Below, piece by piece: positions 1 to 7,030 of a DNA stretch of 10,102 nucleotides. This DNA comes from an uncultured bacterium. GTDB taxonomy: Bacteria; Lernaellota; Lernaellaia; Lernaellales; Lernaellaceae. Within the stretch, counting starts at the first letter, position 1; each line of letters starts with the position of its first letter. The stretch covers positions 1 through 10,102 of the forward strand of contig CAZHPN010000204.1 of NCBI GenBank assembly GCA_964534375.1, given 5' to 3'. A model generated the notes under the pieces. It was given only the letters and a program-made list of their open reading frames with translations, was not told the origin of the DNA and did not search any database. A program made the translations under genes and the position numbers.

Positions 1-209
<209 letters not shown>

Positions 210-713
210 TTACCGGCGTAGCAAATTCAGCCACGCAGACACCCTGTTCTGCGCATTTTTCACGTCGCTGCCCCGTATCGCCAGACCGTCGACAACGGTC
301 GACCGCGGGCAAAGTTTCGCCAGTTCCGCGGCGCTCCGGCCCAAACCGCTGCCCTCGTGCGTGCAAAACGGCGCGATCGTTTTCCCCGACAAATCGTGTT
401 CGGAGAGAAATGTAACAATCGGCCGGGGCACGGTCCCCCACCAGTTCGGGTAGCCAAGGAAAATCACGTCGTACGCGCCGACATTTTCGACCTTTGTTTT
501 CAACGCCGGCTTGAAGCCCGCTTTCAGTTCCCGCCCGGCCTGCGCGACAACCGCATCGTAATCGGCCGGATACCGATTCACCGGCGCAATTTCAAAAACA
601 TCGCCGCCGGTGCGCTCATGGATTTGCTCGGCGAGTTCGCGCGTGTTGCCGCTGTGGGAGAAATAAGCGACGAGAATTCTTCCGTCTGCTAAGGAACTAA
701 CGGACTTTGTCAC
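210..713 (-). CDS. Flavodoxin (Flavodoxin_4-like), 167 aa
   Basis: Motifs ILVAYFSHSGNT (FMN phosphate loop), YDVIFLGYPNWWG and DLSGKTIAPFCTHEGSGLG. Start reassigned from 1022 to GTG at 713, which follows GGAGG. The 21-bp gap to the AKR gene suggests an operon. Confidence 0.93.
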   Translation of the reverse strand: MTKSVSSLADGRILVAYFSHSGNTRELAEQIHERTGGDVFEIAPVNRYPADYDAVVAQAGRELKAGFKPALKTKVENVGAYDVIFLGYPNWWGTVPRPIVTFLSEHDLSGKTIAPFCTHEGSGLGRSAAELAKLCPRSTVVDGLAIRGSDVKNAQNRVSAWLNLLRR

Positions 714-749
714 GATCGCCTCCGGCGTTTCTTGGTGGCCACACGCCAA

Positions 750-810
750 AATATAGCAGCCGCCGCGGAGAAAGCATTGCCTAAAAATATGAATCTTTGA
801 CCTGATCCTC
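750..810 (-). promoter_or_regulatory. Putative promoter of the flavodoxin-AKR operon: extended -10 plus a possible activator site
   Basis: The - strand reads TGC-TATATT at 758..750 (TGn extended -10) with no good -35. Two imperfect direct repeats lie 21 bp apart upstream (+ strand TTGCCTAAAAAT at 777, TGACCTGATCCT at 798). Confidence 0.4.
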
Positions 811-904
811 TCGGCGCCGCGGACGACCCGGCGCCTCTTGGCCGGAATTGGATGGGCGAGGGTCTGCCTGTTCTCCGGCTTCCAATCGGCCCGCCGCAAT
901 TCGG

Positions 905-933
905 TTGACGCGCTGGCGCCGATTCGATACATT
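905..933 (+). promoter_or_regulatory. Sigma70-type promoter for tetR and the GH-A gene
   Basis: TTGACG (905-910), 17-bp spacer, TACATT (928-933), about 60 bp upstream of the TetR ATG. Confidence 0.7.
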
Positions 934-963
934 ACCGTTAGTAAAATATTGAACTGATCGTAA
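932..963. promoter_or_regulatory. Putative TetR operator(s)
   Basis: Palindrome TTAC-CGTTA-GTAA (932-944) overlaps the -10/+1 region. A degenerate copy GAACTGATCGTAA (951-963) lies 19 bp further on. This is an AT-rich island in GC-rich DNA. Confidence 0.5.
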
Positions 964-994
964 AGTGCAAGCTCCTGAGCGGCGGGAGGGCGGC

Positions 995-1711
995 ATGAGC
1001 GTTGCGGCGCAGCGACTGACACGCGAACGCAAGGCGCGGGAAGCGGTTGTCCTGGAAACGGCGCGAAAGCTGTTTCGGGAAAAAGGGGTGGTCGGAACCA
1101 CCATGGACGAAATCGCCGAGGCGTCGGAATTCAGCAAGCCGACGATCTACGCCTATTTTCATTCGAAGAATGACATCGTTTGCACCCTTTTGGCTCGCCG
1201 ACTGGAACACCTGAACGAGCAACTCGAGGCCCTCGACCTTCCGAAAGAGCCGAAAGAACGGCTGGCTGCAATCGGCAACGCGGTGACGCTTTACATGGCG
1301 GATGTCGACTACGCCGCGGACCTCTCCTTTCCGATTGAGGCGGATTTCCGCCTGGCCGATCTCACGGAGGCCGTTCGCGAGGGGCTGAGCACGCAACTCG
1401 CCCGCGCCTTCGCCCGCGTCGAAGAACTGATTGCCGACGGCGAACGAGCAGGGGTTTTTATTAAGGGCTGGGACGCGAAACGGCTGGGCGTTTTTGCCTG
1501 GGGCATGCTGGTCGGCATCGCGGCGCTGACGAAACGATTTCATCCGGACATTTTGGCGGACTCTTCCGCAACCGTTTACGCGGACGTGCTCCGGATCGTC
1601 TCGCGAGGATTGACCGATCCAGATCGCGCGCCTGGCGCCGGAACCGTTGAGAAGGTGGATCCTGCGGCGGGCGCAATGAGCAGGACGCGGAAAACGGAGA
1701 CAACATCGTGA
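995..1711 (+). CDS. TetR/AcrR family transcriptional regulator
   Basis: N-terminal HTH: ARKLFREKGVVGTTMDEIAEASEFSKPTIYAYFHSKNDI. C-terminal helical domain includes LIADGERAGVF. ATG 995 follows GGGAGG (984-989). The stop overlaps the next start (GTGA). Confidence 0.93.
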   Translation: MSVAAQRLTRERKAREAVVLETARKLFREKGVVGTTMDEIAEASEFSKPTIYAYFHSKNDIVCTLLARRLEHLNEQLEALDLPKEPKERLAAIGNAVTLYMADVDYAADLSFPIEADFRLADLTEAVREGLSTQLARAFARVEELIADGERAGVFIKGWDAKRLGVFAWGMLVGIAALTKRFHPDILADSSATVYADVLRIVSRGLTDPDRAPGAGTVEKVDPAAGAMSRTRKTETTS

Positions 1712-3210
1712 AATACGATAATTGGTTTTTGTTTAGCCTTCTGGCAGCAGCCGTGCTTGCTTGCGTAGTCGCCTGCGGCAGCTCGGGCGGCAGCAGTCAG
1801 CCAACGGGCGACGACGCCTCGCCAGCCGACGATGATGGCTCACCGGGCGACGACGATGGTTCGCCGACCGACGATGACGCCTCGCCAACCGACGACGACA
1901 CGCAGGCCGACCCCTACGCCGGATTTTCGCCGTTCGGGAAAAAGCTCGACGAAATCCTCGCGATTAACGGCCAAATGGACGGAACGGATTTCGACACGGT
2001 GCATCAATTCGAAACCGATCGACTCAACGAAGCCGGCATAACGATGGCGCGTACGGATTTCTTTTGGGGCGACATCGAGCCCCAGGAAGGCGTCTGGGCG
2101 CTCGACAAATACGACACGATGGTCGACGTGTTTACGGCTGCCGGCATTAAGGTGACTGCGATACTCGATTATGGCGTCAGTTGGGCCATGCCGGACGGCA
2201 GTCCGAGCGAAATCGATCCAACTGTCTGGGCGGACTTCGCCGGTCACGTGGCCGCGCACTTTGCCGATCGGATCGACATTTACGAGATCTGGAATGAAGA
2301 AAACGGCGCCTGGACCTGGCCGCCGGAACCGGATCCGCTGCACTATGGCGAAATGCTCAAGACCAGCTATGCAGCGGTCCATGCGAATGATTCGGCGGCG
2401 ACCGTGCTCCTCGGCGGGCTCATGCCGGCCGCCGGCATCGAGGATTTCCTGCAGAACGGCCTCTTCGGCTTTCTTTCCACGATGTACGCGGGGCATCCCG
2501 ACATCTGCAATTATTTCGACGCGCTGGCGATTCATCCCTACACCCTCGCGCAGTTCGTAAGCCCGGAGTTCGTGCTGGACTTCCTGATCGGAAAATATCC
2601 CGACCTTGTCGGCGTCATCCAGGCGGCCCGCGACCGGCTGGCGGCAATGGGCTGTTCCGACAAGCCGATCTACATCACCGAGCTGGGCTGGCCGGACTAC
2701 CACCTCGGAACCGACCGGCAGGCCGCCTACGCGGCGCGCAGCCTCCTGCTCGCGCTCGCGGCCGGTGTGGATTACTACTACTCGTATGCTTTCTGGGATC
2801 AGGAATACGGCGAGGGGAACACCGAGGCCACCTTTGGCATGTTCACCTGGCCGCACGACAAAACGTCGCCCAAACCGTCGTACAAAGCGTGGTTGGGGGC
2901 GCACAAAACGATCGGCCAGTCCCGTTATGCGGGCGATCTGGGCGCGAGGCTCCACTGGCCGCAGGAGCAACTTGCGTTGGCGCTGGTCGACGACGCCGCC
3001 GTGTGGACAGTCGCACTGTGGCACAGCAAGGTGATTCTCGAAACGCAGGTTCCGGTGAGCGTTCCGCTGCCTCGCAAAGCGACGGGCAGTTGGGAACTCT
3101 ACGACCAGGAGGGCAACCTCCTCTCGAACGGCAACGCCGCCGACGGGCCAGCGCAGGTGGTTCTCGATGGCCACTTGCGGTATTTGCGCGTCGCGGTGGG
3201 AACACAATAG
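1708..3210 (+). CDS. Lipoprotein glycoside hydrolase, clan GH-A (GH39/GH5-like), with an Asp-rich N-terminal tether
   Basis: Signal peptide with lipobox VVA|CG, then SPxDDD repeats. TIM-barrel motifs RTDFFWGDIEPQEG, YEIWNEEN (acid/base Glu), FDALAIHPY and PIYITELGW (nucleophile Glu). GGAG RBS at 1696-1699. Confidence 0.88.
   Translation: MKYDNWFLFSLLAAAVLACVVACGSSGGSSQPTGDDASPADDDGSPGDDDGSPTDDDASPTDDDTQADPYAGFSPFGKKLDEILAINGQMDGTDFDTVHQFETDRLNEAGITMARTDFFWGDIEPQEGVWALDKYDTMVDVFTAAGIKVTAILDYGVSWAMPDGSPSEIDPTVWADFAGHVAAHFADRIDIYEIWNEENGAWTWPPEPDPLHYGEMLKTSYAAVHANDSAATVLLGGLMPAAGIEDFLQNGLFGFLSTMYAGHPDICNYFDALAIHPYTLAQFVSPEFVLDFLIGKYPDLVGVIQAARDRLAAMGCSDKPIYITELGWPDYHLGTDRQAAYAARSLLLALAAGVDYYYSYAFWDQEYGEGNTEATFGMFTWPHDKTSPKPSYKAWLGAHKTIGQSRYAGDLGARLHWPQEQLALALVDDAAVWTVALWHSKVILETQVPVSVPLPRKATGSWELYDQEGNLLSNGNAADGPAQVVLDGHLRYLRVAVGTQ
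1810..1899 (+). repeat. About 4 copies of a 21-bp coding repeat (DD[AG]SPxD heptad)
   Basis: gacgacgcctcgccagccgac / gatgatggctcaccgggcgac / gacgatggttcgccgaccgac / gatgacgcctcgccaaccgac, with many synonymous differences between copies. Confidence 0.9.
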
Positions 3211-3261
3211 TTTCCCTGACACGCGTGAAAAACAGACCCGGCCCTCGACCGGAACCTTGTC

Positions 3262-3290
3262 TTGCATGAACCGCCAGCACAGGGTAGCTT
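3262..3290 (+). promoter_or_regulatory. Putative sigma70-type promoter for the GH27 gene
   Basis: TTGCAT (3262-3267), 17-bp spacer, TAGCTT (3285-3290), about 30 bp upstream of the ATG. Confidence 0.5.
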
Positions 3291-3319
3291 TTTCAATGTC
3301 TCGGCGAAGGAGCACCCTC

Positions 3320-5128
3320 ATGAAGTTGGCTTGGTCGGCGCTGGCTTTTCTCAGCGTACTTCTGATTCTCGGCGGATTCTCGTGCGGCGGCCACGGCGCC
3401 GCGAGTTCCGGCAATCGCCCGGCAAACGGCGACGATGACGACGATGACGACACCACCCCGGCGCTTTTCTGCGGCGACGGCATTTGCTCGCCCGGAGAAA
3501 ATTGCCTGAATTGCCCGCAAGACTGCGCGTGCTCGTGCGGCGACGGCGTCTGCACCCTCGGCGAATTCTGCGCCAATTGCCCGAAAGATTGCGACTGCGA
3601 AACGCTGGCCGCGACGCCGCCGATGGCGTGGAATTCCTGGAACAAGTTCGCCTGCGATATCGACGAGGCCACGATCCGGCAGATCGCCGACGCCGTGGTC
3701 AGCAGCGGGATGCGCGAAGCCGGCTATATGTACGTGAACCTGGACGACTGCTGGCAGTCGTCGCGCGACGCCAACGGCACGATCGTCGCCGACCCGGCGC
3801 GTTTTCCCAGCGGCATCCCGGCGCTCGCGGCCTACGTGCACAAGCTCGGGTTGAAATTCGGCGTTTACACTTGCGCCGGAACGGAAACCTGCCAAAGCAA
3901 ACCGGGCAGCTACGGGTACGAATACCAGGACATGCAAACGTACGCCGACTGGGGCGTGGATTATGTGAAGGTCGATTGGTGCAACACGACCGGCCTCGTG
4001 CCGGAAGAGCGCTACGCTGTGTTTCATGACGCCATCAAGGCCGCCGGCGGCAAGATCGTGCTCAGCATTTGCGAGTGGGGGGAGGATGCGCCGTGGATCT
4101 GGGGGCCGCGCGACGGTCAGCTTTGGCGCACCACCGGCGATATTTCCGACAAGTTCCTCAACATGTGGTGGAACATGCTGCAGACCGAACCCAACGCGCC
4201 GTTCGCGGGGCCGGGTGCCTGGAACGACCCGGATATGCTCGAAGTGGGCAACGGCGGCATGAGCGACGAGGATTACCAGACGCACTTCAGCCTCTGGGCG
4301 ATGATGGCCGCGCCGCTCATTGCCGGCAACGACCTGCGGAACATGGACGCGGGGACGTTGGCCATCCTGACGAACAAAGAGGTGATCGCCGTCGATCAGG
4401 ATCCGGACGGCGTGCCCGGGCGGCGCATGACGCACCTGATCGGCCCCGAGGTGTGGACCAGGCCGCTGACGCTCGACGGGGCGCGCGCCGTGCTGCTGTT
4501 CAACGACTTTCTCACCGACGGCACGGTCACCGTGGATTGGGAGGAGATCGGGCTCGCCGCCGGCTCGGCCCGCGTGCGCGACCTCTGGACGCACGAATTC
4601 CTCGGCGACTTCAAGAACAGCTACAGCACGAAATTGGGGCCGTTCAAATCGCAAATGCTGCTGGTCACGGGCGCCGAAAACCTGCCGCCGGCCGGCGCAA
4701 CCTACGTGAGCGCGTTGCCCTGGAAATACGCGGCGAATTACTTCTGGGACGTCGGCCTCGACCGCAGCGCCGGCGGGCATCCGTTGACCGTGGCCGGCGT
4801 GAAATATGCGCGCGGGCTGGGCGCCTCCGCCGCGTCGCAGATTCTCTATCAACTGGGCGGCGGCTGCTCGACCTTCACCGCCGACGTCGGCGTGGACGAC
4901 GAAACCGGCAGCGGGGGCGAAGTCGTGTTCCAGGTCTGGACGGACGGCGTCAAGCTGTACGACAGCGGCGACGTCAAAAGCGGCCAGGCGGCCCGCAGCA
5001 TGAGCGTCGATCTTGCCGGCCGCCGCGAACTCAAGCTCATCGTGACGCCGGCGACCGACAGCGTTGTCGGCGACCATGCCGATTGGGCGAACGCGCGGTT
5101 GGTTTGCAGCGGGTCGAGCGGGCGATGA
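3320..5128 (+). CDS. GH27 alpha-galactosidase lipoprotein: poly-Asp linker, 2 Cys-rich repeats, catalytic domain, C-terminal beta domain, NPCBM/CBM51 domain
   Basis: Motifs TPPMAWNSWN, YVNLDDCW, GVDYVKVDWC (nucleophile Asp), WRTTGDI (acid/base Asp) and WNDPDMLEVGNGG. NPCBM-like tail at about 4700-5108 (FTADVGVDDE...GEVVFQVWTDG...GDHADWANARL). Start reassigned to ATG 3320 after AAGGAG. Lipobox GFS|CG. Confidence 0.95.
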   Translation: MKLAWSALAFLSVLLILGGFSCGGHGAASSGNRPANGDDDDDDDTTPALFCGDGICSPGENCLNCPQDCACSCGDGVCTLGEFCANCPKDCDCETLAATPPMAWNSWNKFACDIDEATIRQIADAVVSSGMREAGYMYVNLDDCWQSSRDANGTIVADPARFPSGIPALAAYVHKLGLKFGVYTCAGTETCQSKPGSYGYEYQDMQTYADWGVDYVKVDWCNTTGLVPEERYAVFHDAIKAAGGKIVLSICEWGEDAPWIWGPRDGQLWRTTGDISDKFLNMWWNMLQTEPNAPFAGPGAWNDPDMLEVGNGGMSDEDYQTHFSLWAMMAAPLIAGNDLRNMDAGTLAILTNKEVIAVDQDPDGVPGRRMTHLIGPEVWTRPLTLDGARAVLLFNDFLTDGTVTVDWEEIGLAAGSARVRDLWTHEFLGDFKNSYSTKLGPFKSQMLLVTGAENLPPAGATYVSALPWKYAANYFWDVGLDRSAGGHPLTVAGVKYARGLGASAASQILYQLGGGCSTFTADVGVDDETGSGGEVVFQVWTDGVKLYDSGDVKSGQAARSMSVDLAGRRELKLIVTPATDSVVGDHADWANARLVCSGSSGR

Positions 5129-5239
5129 GGGCGGGATTTATTGTCTCACGCGGAGACGCGGAGGTCGCGGAGGGTGAGGGGCCACTCACCCCCGTCGTTG
5201 AGATGCGGCGTCCGTAGGCGCGGGTCCCGCCCGTGCCCC
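5129..5239. repeat. Intergenic cluster of small repeats and hairpins between convergent genes (REP-like; may act as a terminator)
   Basis: ACGCGGAG-ACGCGGAG-GTCGCGGAG (5148-5172). Hairpin GGGTGAG/CTCACCC (5172-5191). GTAG followed by hairpin GGCGCGGG-TCCCG-CCCGTGCC (5214-5237). GGGCGGGA (5129-5136) is complementary to TCCCGCCC (5225-5232). Confidence 0.6.
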
Positions 5240-5250
5240 AATCTTCGATA

Positions 5251-6234
5251 TCACAAATCCCGTTCGACCGGCGGTTCGACCGTCGCGGCGCGCCCGGAAC
5301 AAAAATAAATTCGGACGAAATCGGTCAGCGTGAGATATCGCCCGTTCGGGTTGCGCAGCACGATGCCGGCAGGGTGGCCGGCCGCGTCGCGCTGCACGTG
5401 GTCCACCATGTAAATGTGTTGGCCGCGGCGATACGTGCTCTTGGCCGGGCCGGCGCGCGCCGGCACGAGCGGGGTGCGGTCGCTGAAGCCAACCGGCCCG
5501 CCCATGACCATGCCGTGCCCGCCGTGGCGCTCGGCGTCCACCCGCTCGAGAAACTCGGCAACCCGCGTGTGAATAAGTTCCTTCAACGGGCCGTCGGGCG
5601 CGCCGCGTTTGAACCAGTCCAAAACGTCATCGGGCTGGGCGTTGGTTTCGTCGATCAGGAGATGGTTGTATTTCCAGACGATGTTGTTCAGGGCCGTCCC
5701 GTTGCCCCCGATGAGCGAGCCGTAGCCGGCCGGCTTGCGGCGGCAAACGGCGAAAGCTTTTTCGATCAGCGCGACCCAGAGGCAGCCTTCGCGGCCGAGC
5801 CTCGCGTACCGCGGCGCCCCGGCGGCGTCCACCCAAAGTTCGCCCGTGACGCGGATGTAATTTTTTTCGCCGTTCGGCCGGAAGAAACGTACAAGGTACG
5901 TGCCGTCGCCGAGGTCGGTCACCGTCTTGCGAATAAAGCTGGGATGCGCCTCCGCCAAAGCGGCGAGGGCGGACATAAAGTAGCAATCGCCGTCATCGCC
6001 TTGAAAAACGTCGTCTTTCGACGGACCGTCGCTGGCGAACAACGGGTGCCTCGGAAACCGCGCCAGCGACAGGCCGGCGTCCCGGTCATGCGCTGTGGGC
6101 GGCGGATTGTCCGCCAGTTCGGCCGCTTCCGCTCGCGTCCGGGACTCGACCGCAGCAAAGAGTGTGCAAACGAGCACGCCCACGGCTGTGAGGACTGCCG
6201 TGCGCCCGAAAAAAATACGACAGTATTTGTTCAT
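5251..6234 (-). CDS. Calpain-like cysteine peptidase (family C2 catalytic domain), probably secreted
   Basis: QGDDGDCYFMSALAAL (oxyanion Gln and catalytic Cys), GDGTYLVRFF, LWVALIEKAFA, YGSLIGG, QHIYMV (His) and IVLRNPNG (Asn). The hydrophobic N-terminus ends in AEA. Start is uncertain (ATG 6234, weak RBS). Confidence 0.88.
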   Translation of the reverse strand: MNKYCRIFFGRTAVLTAVGVLVCTLFAAVESRTRAEAAELADNPPPTAHDRDAGLSLARFPRHPLFASDGPSKDDVFQGDDGDCYFMSALAALAEAHPSFIRKTVTDLGDGTYLVRFFRPNGEKNYIRVTGELWVDAAGAPRYARLGREGCLWVALIEKAFAVCRRKPAGYGSLIGGNGTALNNIVWKYNHLLIDETNAQPDDVLDWFKRGAPDGPLKELIHTRVAEFLERVDAERHGGHGMVMGGPVGFSDRTPLVPARAGPAKSTYRRGQHIYMVDHVQRDAAGHPAGIVLRNPNGRYLTLTDFVRIYFCSGRAATVEPPVERDL

Positions 6235-6534
6235 GCAGCCCGAACCGTGCAAAAAACGGCGTGCCAATATTGCCTGGAGTATGCGTGAAAGCAAGCCACG
6301 GCGTTCGCGGCCAGCTGCCAGATGTCGGTTGTGAGCGGCGCAGAGGCGGGACTACGTGCGCGTCCCCGTTGCGGTTGGCAGAAGCGGCGCTGGCTGCGGC
6401 CCCCGGGATTTGGGGCACGACAAGGTCCGACGAGAAGGCCCCCAAACGGCGCGGGGCGGGCCGCCCCTGCGGCAATGGATGTTGTCAGCACGGGCAGCCG
6501 CCGGCCGAACGGCAGAGATCGTCGTCGTCGCGAC

Positions 6535-6984
6535 TTAGGAGCGGTCGTTGACGGCGCAGTAGACCGCGTCGGCCAGTTGGAGCAGCGAAAACGGGTGTCG
6601 CAGGTAGGCGACGACGCCCGGCTCGGGCGAGCGCCGCATGATTTCCTGCCGCGAGTTTCGCATGCACAACACAATGCGGATACCGTCTTGCGCGCGCCGC
6701 AGTTGTTGCAGCAGGTGGTCGCCGTCCATGTCGGGCATGTTGAAGTTCACGATGACCGCGCGAATCGCCGCGCTGTTTTCGCGCAGCATGACGATCGCTT
6801 GCCGGCTATCCCGCACCAGCAGCGGCCGCCGGCCGGTCGTCTGCAGAAAGCGGCCGATTTCCTCGAGCATGCCGGCGTCGTTGTCGACCACCAACACGGC
6901 GGGTTCGTTTTGCCGGGCATTTTTTACGGCGTTTTCGATGTCGGCCTCACCGCTTCGCGAAAGCGGCAGTCTACTCTCGTTCAT
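6535..6984 (-). CDS. Single-domain response regulator with an atypical (pseudo-)receiver domain
   Basis: CheY-like pattern VLVVDND...AVIVNFNMPDMDG..LL...IRIVLCM...AYLRHPFSLLQL. RBS GGGGAG. The phosphoacceptor Asp and conserved Lys are substituted. Confidence 0.88.
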   Translation of the reverse strand: MNESRLPLSRSGEADIENAVKNARQNEPAVLVVDNDAGMLEEIGRFLQTTGRRPLLVRDSRQAIVMLRENSAAIRAVIVNFNMPDMDGDHLLQQLRRAQDGIRIVLCMRNSRQEIMRRSPEPGVVAYLRHPFSLLQLADAVYCAVNDRS

Positions 6985-7030
6985 TGCGAAAATCTCCCCT
7001 TTTTTCGCGGCGAAAAGCCGTGCCGCGCCG

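Noticed and set aside
714..1022. 103-aa N-terminal extension of the flavodoxin in the ORF track
   Set aside because: It spans the divergent promoter region and overlaps tetR. GTG 713 has a good RBS and gives a normal-length flavodoxin.
1840..5077. Long antisense ORFs 1840-3672 (610 aa) and 3293-5077 (594 aa)
   Set aside because: They mirror well-supported GH genes, have no recognisable motifs, and are expected shadow ORFs in high-GC DNA.
6248..6267. Sigma54-like TGGCACG...TTGCA upstream of the peptidase (- strand)
   Set aside because: GG-to-GC spacing is 13 nt, not the strictly required 10.
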